Shown: positions 58,919 to 64,000 of the stretch, in pieces | How positions within the stretch are numbered: the first letter of the stretch is position 1 | Layout: each line of letters starts with the position of its first letter | NCBI GenBank assembly: GCA_965219295.1 | Contig: OZ244731.1 | Location: 2,296,236 to 2,360,235, forward strand | Origin: Pedobacter sp. | GTDB taxonomy: Bacteria; Bacteroidota; Bacteroidia; Sphingobacteriales; Sphingobacteriaceae | DNA: 64,000 bases | Direction: 5' to 3' | Position numbers and translations under genes: made by a program | The notes under the pieces: model-generated | Seen by the model: only the letters and a program-made list of their open reading frames with translations | The model's database searches: none | Told to the model about the DNA's origin: nothing

Positions 58919-59194
58919 TTACGCCGTTGCCAACCTGCCGTGGTTGTTAGAAATCTTAATTAAATCATGATAGTTTAATGAAATTAAAGCGGTCGCTTCT
59001 ACTTCTAGAATAACGGCGATTTTAAATAATCGATCAACGGTTAATTTGCTGTAGCCTAATTCTAATTTGCTGTATGCGTTTTGAGAAATTTTTAATTTCG
59101 CCGCTAAATAATCTTGCGTATAGCCGTTATGTTCCCTAACTTTTCTAATGTTTATAGCCACGTTCTCCACGTGAGCCGAAAAAATACTTTCCAT
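58919..59194 (-). CDS. XRE-family HTH regulator
   Basis: YTQDYLA..LKISQNAYSKLELG motif. Confidence 0.85.
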   Translation of the reverse strand: MESIFSAHVENVAINIRKVREHNGYTQDYLAAKLKISQNAYSKLELGYSKLTVDRLFKIAVILEVEATALISLNYHDLIKISNNHGRLATA

Positions 59195-59323
59195 GTTTAT
59201 GAGCTAATAAGTTGTTCAAACACATTTACGGAAAATACTCTTAAAAGGTTTTTTTTTAAGTTTAAAGATGTGATTTACAGTGAAAGTGCCGACTGTTTTT
59301 ACACGGAAATTTAAGCAATAAAA

Positions 59324-60526
59324 TCAATTATCTATAGATTTATGCTTTGGAGCGCGGTCTTCGTCAGCTCTTTTAGAACCGTCGTAAAGTTCATACTCCA
59401 ATAATCTACAATCTAGCTTGCCGTTGTAAAACTCTATTTTTCTTGACGCTTTTAAGCCCACTTTTTTGGCTAGATCTGGATTGCCCGTAAAAATATAACC
59501 AAAATAACCTTTACAATTTTTCTTTAAAAAATCGCCCATCCGGCTGTAAGTCAATTCTAATTGAGAATGTGTTCCTAATCTCTCTCCATATTCAGGGTTA
59601 AAAACAATAACACCTTTTTCCTGTGCTGGCATTTGAGTACTCTCAAAATCGCATACCTGAAAATCTATAAATGTATCAACTCCAGCGGTCTTTGCATTGC
59701 GGATGCTAATGTCAACTGCATCTTTTGAAATGTCTGAAGCGATTATTTTAAGACTGGAACTTTTTACCACTTGCTCTTTCAACATTCTCCGCTCTGCAAA
59801 AAATGCTTCTTCATTATACCCCATGATGTGCATAAAAGCATAATTCATTCGAAGCAAACCGGGTGCTCTATTTGTAGCGATAAGAGCTGCTTCTATGGCA
59901 ATTGTTCCCGAACCACACATGGGGTTTATGAAAGGGCTAATTTTATCCCACGCAGTGGAATATATAACCCCTGCTGCCAAGGCTTCTAACATCGGTGCTT
60001 TGCCCGGAATTTTTCTGTAGCCATGTTTTGCCAACGTTTCGCCAGAAGTGTCTAAAAAAATATTTGCTTCTGCGTCTTTCCAATATAGATGAATTACAGT
60101 TTTATTAGCATCCGAGCCAGAATTTGGACGTAAATCTTTTTTTTCTTTTATACGATCTACAATTGCATCTTTGACCTTCAGATTGGCAAAAAGTGGTGTA
60201 GTGATGTTTGGGTTATCTACGTTAGATGTTACTGAAAAATACCCAGCAAAATCTATCAATTCTTCCCAGGGAATTTTCAATAATTCATTATAGAGATCGT
60301 CGGGCGTAATGGCCTTAAATTCCTTTATGGAATATAAAATTTGGCTTGCACAACGCAGTTTAAGGTTTAATTTGATGCACTCCGTCAGTGTAATATTTAG
60401 TTCCAACCCTGTAGAAAAATAGCGCTCTATTGTATAACCAAGTGCTAAAACCTCCTTCTTTAAATAAAGAGCCAGACGGTTATTGCAGGTTATAATAACC
60501 TTGCTCTTATTGTGGAAAACTTGCAT
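59324..60526 (-). CDS. THUMP-domain RNA methyltransferase (RlmL/K-like)
   Basis: DTSGETLAKHGYR, NPMCGSGT and NPEYGER motifs. Confidence 0.85.
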   Translation of the reverse strand: MQVFHNKSKVIITCNNRLALYLKKEVLALGYTIERYFSTGLELNITLTECIKLNLKLRCASQILYSIKEFKAITPDDLYNELLKIPWEELIDFAGYFSVTSNVDNPNITTPLFANLKVKDAIVDRIKEKKDLRPNSGSDANKTVIHLYWKDAEANIFLDTSGETLAKHGYRKIPGKAPMLEALAAGVIYSTAWDKISPFINPMCGSGTIAIEAALIATNRAPGLLRMNYAFMHIMGYNEEAFFAERRMLKEQVVKSSSLKIIASDISKDAVDISIRNAKTAGVDTFIDFQVCDFESTQMPAQEKGVIVFNPEYGERLGTHSQLELTYSRMGDFLKKNCKGYFGYIFTGNPDLAKKVGLKASRKIEFYNGKLDCRLLEYELYDGSKRADEDRAPKHKSIDN

Positions 60527-60596
60527 AATATTTATGCGAAGTTATCAATAAAAATATAGAGATTTGAAATTTAGGAGACATTATTAGAATTGTGTT

Positions 60597-60965
60597 ATGG
60601 AAATTAAAGGAAAGGTGCATGAAGTTGGCGAAACCCAACAAATAAGCGAAACATTCAAAAAAAGGGATTTGGTTGTAGAATATGCCGAAAACCCTCAATA
60701 CCCTGAGTATTTAAAGTTTGAAGCTTTGCAAGACAAAACCTCTTTGCTAGATACTTACAAAGTTGGCGATGAGGTAGAAGTGTTTTTTAACTTGCGGGGC
60801 AGAGCCTGGACGGATAAAACTGGTAAAACTGCTTATTTTAATAGCATGGTTATCTGGCGCATAAATAAAATGAATGCTACTAATACTTCGACTAACACGC
60901 CGGCAACGGCCCAACCTGTAGATGTAAGTGCATCGGAAGGCGAAGAAGATGATCTTCCGTTCTAG
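60597..60965 (+). CDS. DUF3127 protein with an SSB-like acidic tail
   Basis: FKKRDLV, F..LQD, FNLRGR.W motifs; C-terminal EEDDLPF. Confidence 0.85.
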   Translation: MEIKGKVHEVGETQQISETFKKRDLVVEYAENPQYPEYLKFEALQDKTSLLDTYKVGDEVEVFFNLRGRAWTDKTGKTAYFNSMVIWRINKMNATNTSTNTPATAQPVDVSASEGEEDDLPF

Positions 60966-60996
60966 AATAAGGATTTTTTAAGAGAATAATTAATGC

Positions 60997-61026
60997 ATGC
61001 CGGGATGGAAATCTCGGCATTTTTTT
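60997..61026 (+). terminator. Intrinsic terminator
   Basis: ATGCCGGGAT-GGAA-ATCTCGGCAT followed by T6. Confidence 0.8.
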
Positions 61027-61136
61027 ATGGAAAAAATTTTGTTAAAATTTCCATAAAGTGATGCGTTACCTCATTTATTAAAGTTATTAGAGCTTAAAAT
61101 AACTAAACCATGCTAAAACCAAGATCAAAATTTCGA

Positions 61137-61187
61137 TGTTAAATTATGTTAAACCGCAGCTAACATAGGTATGTTTAGCTATTTTTG
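61137..61187 (+). promoter_or_regulatory. TGTTAA-N4-TGTTAA box plus -7 element TATTTTTG upstream of the two-component operon
   Basis: Box at 61137-61152; -7 element at 61180-61187. Confidence 0.55.
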
Positions 61188-61241
61188 AATAAAGGCGAAC
61201 TCTCTTTGCACTTAGTGCCATACATTCTCTTTCTGCAAGAC

Positions 61242-63083
61242 ATGAAAAAGCGAAGTTTCTGGTTCATCACCATTTTAATGACGTTGGCCTTGTTAGGCGT
61301 TTTTATAATGCAATTGTATTATATTAGGGAAGCCTACAATCTAAAATGCCAACTTTTTGATCAGCAGGTTAATCAAACACTTCGAACCGTTGTTGGCAAA
61401 CTGCAAAAACAAAACGCCTTTAATTACTATAGCCGTAAAGAAGCTAGAGATAAACGGCAGCGGATAATTGATTTGAGGCAACGCGAATTACAACTCGCGG
61501 ATGCAAAAAAAAACTATGAAACGCTTTTGGATCGTAACCGCTTAAGTCATCAACGGCAGATAGAAGCAGAGCTGATTTCGCAAGACAGTGTAATTCGCTC
61601 CTTTTACCGCAAACCGGTAATTTTATCAGAAACTGATTTTAAAGCCGCAGATGCCCGGAACGGACAAAATCCAAATTCGCCTGTAAGGGTTGATGTGTAC
61701 GCAAATGTTGATGAGAATTTCAACATTGTTAGCGGGTCCATTTCAACAAAATTTACACCGACGGGGCGGCGAACCTTAAACTTCAATGGCGGGAAATTGC
61801 CAGATTCCATCCGCTATGCTGCGCAAGACCCAAATACAGGCAGAATCGTGCTAATATCTTTGGCTACTGTGCAGCCAAATGTAAAAACGAGGTTTAAAAA
61901 AGAAAGCTTTCTTGCTAAAAAAGAATACGAACAAAAAGTCCGGTTTCTACGTTCAGATTCTGCGTTTGTGTACACCGCAAATTTAAGTCAGCTAGAAGAT
62001 GTTGCCAAAGAAATGAGCCAACCAAATTTGCCGTTAGATAAACGGATAGATTTTAGCCAGTTGAAACCTTTGTTAAAAAAAGAATTTAGGAACAGTAATA
62101 TCAATCAGCCCTTTACTTATTCCGTAAATCTTGCGCGCAAAGATTCCGTGCTTTTTGCAAGTAACGGTGGCGAAAAAAATAACTTTACAGATAACAATAC
62201 ATATTCTACCAATCTAGATAATAACGGCCTATTTAGAGACCCAGGTGTGTTGATGGTTAGTTTTCCAAACAAAAATTCGGCAATACTTTCTAATCTAACA
62301 GCAACCGTAGCATCATCTGTGGGATTGTTGTTGGTTTTGGTTTTTATTTTCAGCTATACCCTTTACGCAATTCTCAGGCAAAAAAAGTTATCTGAAATGA
62401 AGACAGACTTTATAAACAACATGACGCACGAGTTTAAAACGCCAGTTTCAACCATAATGATTGCCAGCGAAGCGCTGAAAGACACAGAGGTTAGTAGGGA
62501 TAAAAACCGGTTAAAACGACTTGCTGATATAATTTACGATGAAAATGTTAGGCTAGGAAACCATATAGAAAGGGTGCTTAGCATCGCGCGCTTAGAAAAG
62601 AATCAACTCAGTATGGACAATAGCGAGGTGAATATGAACGAGCTTATTGCAGTGGTAATTGATTCGATGGATTTACAACTGGAAAAACGAAACGCAATAA
62701 TAGATTTGAAATTAGAAGCGGATAAATCTACCGTTTTTGGCGATGAACTCCACTTATCTAATGTAATTTTTAATTTAGTAGACAATGCAAACAAATACAG
62801 TTTAAACCACCCATACATAACCATCTCTACTGAAAATACGTCCAATAATTTAATTATTAAGGTGTCTGATAAAGGCATTGGAATGAGCAAAGACCACAGT
62901 AAAAAAATATTCGAACAGTTTTACAGAGTACCGACCGGAAATCTGCACGATGTGAAAGGTTTTGGCCTAGGATTAAATTACGTGCAAGATATTATTAAAC
63001 AAATAAACGGTCGCATTAAAGTACGTAGCGAAAAAGACAAAGGCACCACGTTTGAAATCTTATTACCCTTATTAACCACTTAA
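61242..63083 (+). CDS. rprX: Sensor histidine kinase (RprX-like)
   Basis: FINNMTHEFKTP, NLVDNANKY and GFGLGL motifs; ATG 61242 preferred. Confidence 0.8.
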   Translation: MKKRSFWFITILMTLALLGVFIMQLYYIREAYNLKCQLFDQQVNQTLRTVVGKLQKQNAFNYYSRKEARDKRQRIIDLRQRELQLADAKKNYETLLDRNRLSHQRQIEAELISQDSVIRSFYRKPVILSETDFKAADARNGQNPNSPVRVDVYANVDENFNIVSGSISTKFTPTGRRTLNFNGGKLPDSIRYAAQDPNTGRIVLISLATVQPNVKTRFKKESFLAKKEYEQKVRFLRSDSAFVYTANLSQLEDVAKEMSQPNLPLDKRIDFSQLKPLLKKEFRNSNINQPFTYSVNLARKDSVLFASNGGEKNNFTDNNTYSTNLDNNGLFRDPGVLMVSFPNKNSAILSNLTATVASSVGLLLVLVFIFSYTLYAILRQKKLSEMKTDFINNMTHEFKTPVSTIMIASEALKDTEVSRDKNRLKRLADIIYDENVRLGNHIERVLSIARLEKNQLSMDNSEVNMNELIAVVIDSMDLQLEKRNAIIDLKLEADKSTVFGDELHLSNVIFNLVDNANKYSLNHPYITISTENTSNNLIIKVSDKGIGMSKDHSKKIFEQFYRVPTGNLHDVKGFGLGLNYVQDIIKQINGRIKVRSEKDKGTTFEILLPLLTT

Positions 63084-63096
63084 ATTAAGCAGTAGC

Positions 63097-63792
63097 ATGA
63101 AAAAAGTCCTTTTGGTAGAAGACGATCCCAACCTAGGATTGTTGTTGCAAGATTATTTACAGTTAAAAGGTAAGTTTGAAGTTGTGCTCTGCGTAGATGG
63201 AGATGAAGGCTTTAAAGCTTTTAATACCACCGCTTTCGATCTCTGCATTTTGGACGTAATGATGCCTAAAAAAGATGGGTTTACCCTCGGCAAAGAAATT
63301 AGAAAAATTAACCCGCAGATACCCATTATTTTTGCCACTGCTAAGGCCATGTTAGAAGATAAAGCTGCGGCTTATGATTTGGGAGGCGACGATTACATTA
63401 CCAAACCGTTTAGAATAGAAGAGCTTTTATTGCGAATAAACGCATTGCTGAAGCGGGTTTCGGGCAGTTCAGATGAAAACGAATTGAAGAAAGAGACCAA
63501 GTTTTCAATTGGTGATTATCATTTCGATTATACCACGCAGATCATTACATTTAATGGAACTCAGCAAAAATTATCTACCAAAGAAGCAGAATTGTTACGC
63601 TTGCTTTGTTTAAAAAAGAACGAGGTGCTTACCAGAGAAGAAGCGTTGCTTAGCATTTGGCACGACGATAATTATTTTAACGGTAGAAGTATGGATGTTT
63701 TTTTAAGCAAGCTTAGAAAATATTTAAAGGGAGATTCTTCTGTAGAAATTTTAAATGTGCATGGCAAAGGCTATAAGCTTTTGGTAAATTAG
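63097..63792 (+). CDS. rprY: OmpR-family response regulator (RprY-like)
   Basis: EDD.NLG.LL, DVMMPKKDGF and IW.DDNYFN.RSMDV motifs, resembling Bacteroides RprY as recalled. Confidence 0.8.
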   Translation: MKKVLLVEDDPNLGLLLQDYLQLKGKFEVVLCVDGDEGFKAFNTTAFDLCILDVMMPKKDGFTLGKEIRKINPQIPIIFATAKAMLEDKAAAYDLGGDDYITKPFRIEELLLRINALLKRVSGSSDENELKKETKFSIGDYHFDYTTQIITFNGTQQKLSTKEAELLRLLCLKKNEVLTREEALLSIWHDDNYFNGRSMDVFLSKLRKYLKGDSSVEILNVHGKGYKLLVN

Positions 63793-63828
63793 TTTTTGCC
63801 TTTCGGCGATAAAATCCTTGGGGCTAAG

Positions 63829-64000
63829 CTAGACGTATAGATCCTCAGGCATATTTTTTATTATCCCTCGCTTTTTGGCCCACTGAAAAAGTGTATCGAC
63901 TGCTTTGCGACCATCCGAACCCAAATTAATACTATATTTATTAACGTAGAGATCTATATGTTTTTGCATAACGCTTTCTTGCATGGTTTGCGCATGTTCT
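63829..64000 (-). CDS. mqnD: 1,4-dihydroxy-6-naphthoate synthase, C-terminal part (partial)
   Basis: Manual translation EHAQTMQESVMQKHIDLYVNKYSINLGSDGRKAVDTLF...; matches the recalled MqnD C-terminus. Confidence 0.75.
   Translation of the reverse strand, partial: EHAQTMQESVMQKHIDLYVNKYSINLGSDGRKAVDTLFQWAKKRGIIKNMPEDLYV

Noticed and set aside
59195-59323. Repeated ACGGAAA upstream of the XRE gene
   Set aside because: Only two 7-mers about 75 bp apart; compatible with chance.
3051-63350. Numerous short ORFs antisense to or nested in long genes (e.g. 3322, 13299, 20492, 27750, 30257, 52407)
   Set aside because: Shadow frames of well-supported genes, with no motifs.
1-64000. CRISPR array, tRNA/rRNA, prophage, intact IS
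   Set aside because: No repeat-spacer arrays, cloverleaf signatures, phage genes or transposase ORFs were seen.

Overview
AT-rich chromosomal window from a Bacteroidota organism, most likely Sphingobacteriaceae (Pedobacter-like). This rests on gene content, protein style and many TAnnTTTG (-7) sigma-A promoters. It is mostly housekeeping genes: trhO, pnuC/nadR-like, a TPP-riboswitch-controlled TonB receptor plus thiE-like gene, oxyR, trmB, tag, fabD, folE/queD, an RND efflux operon, dapF, htrA/degQ, sodA, hisS, rbfA/hflX, trpEG-C with a leader-peptide attenuator, an rprXY-like two-component system and partial mqnD. No tRNA, rRNA, CRISPR array, prophage or intact transposase was recognised. 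The most interesting signals are non-coding. (1) A candidate ECF-sigma-driven small RNA at ~815-936 has a U-rich segment complementary to translation-initiation regions, including a perfect 14-nt match to the start of the gene at 51832. (2) A family of 7-nt-period repeat elements includes one that flanks a decayed four-helix-bundle gene as inverted arrays and one that forms a ~90-nt hairpin inside the TPP aptamer. (3) An identical 16-bp OmpR-type direct-repeat box lies upstream of both rprXY and dapF/htrA. (4) A short GCCTTTCGGCGAT motif recurs five times, always on the + strand. Three small pseudogenes (yoeB, CMD-like, four-helix bundle) are missed or split by the ORF track. All family assignments come from motif recognition and recall; no database searches were run.
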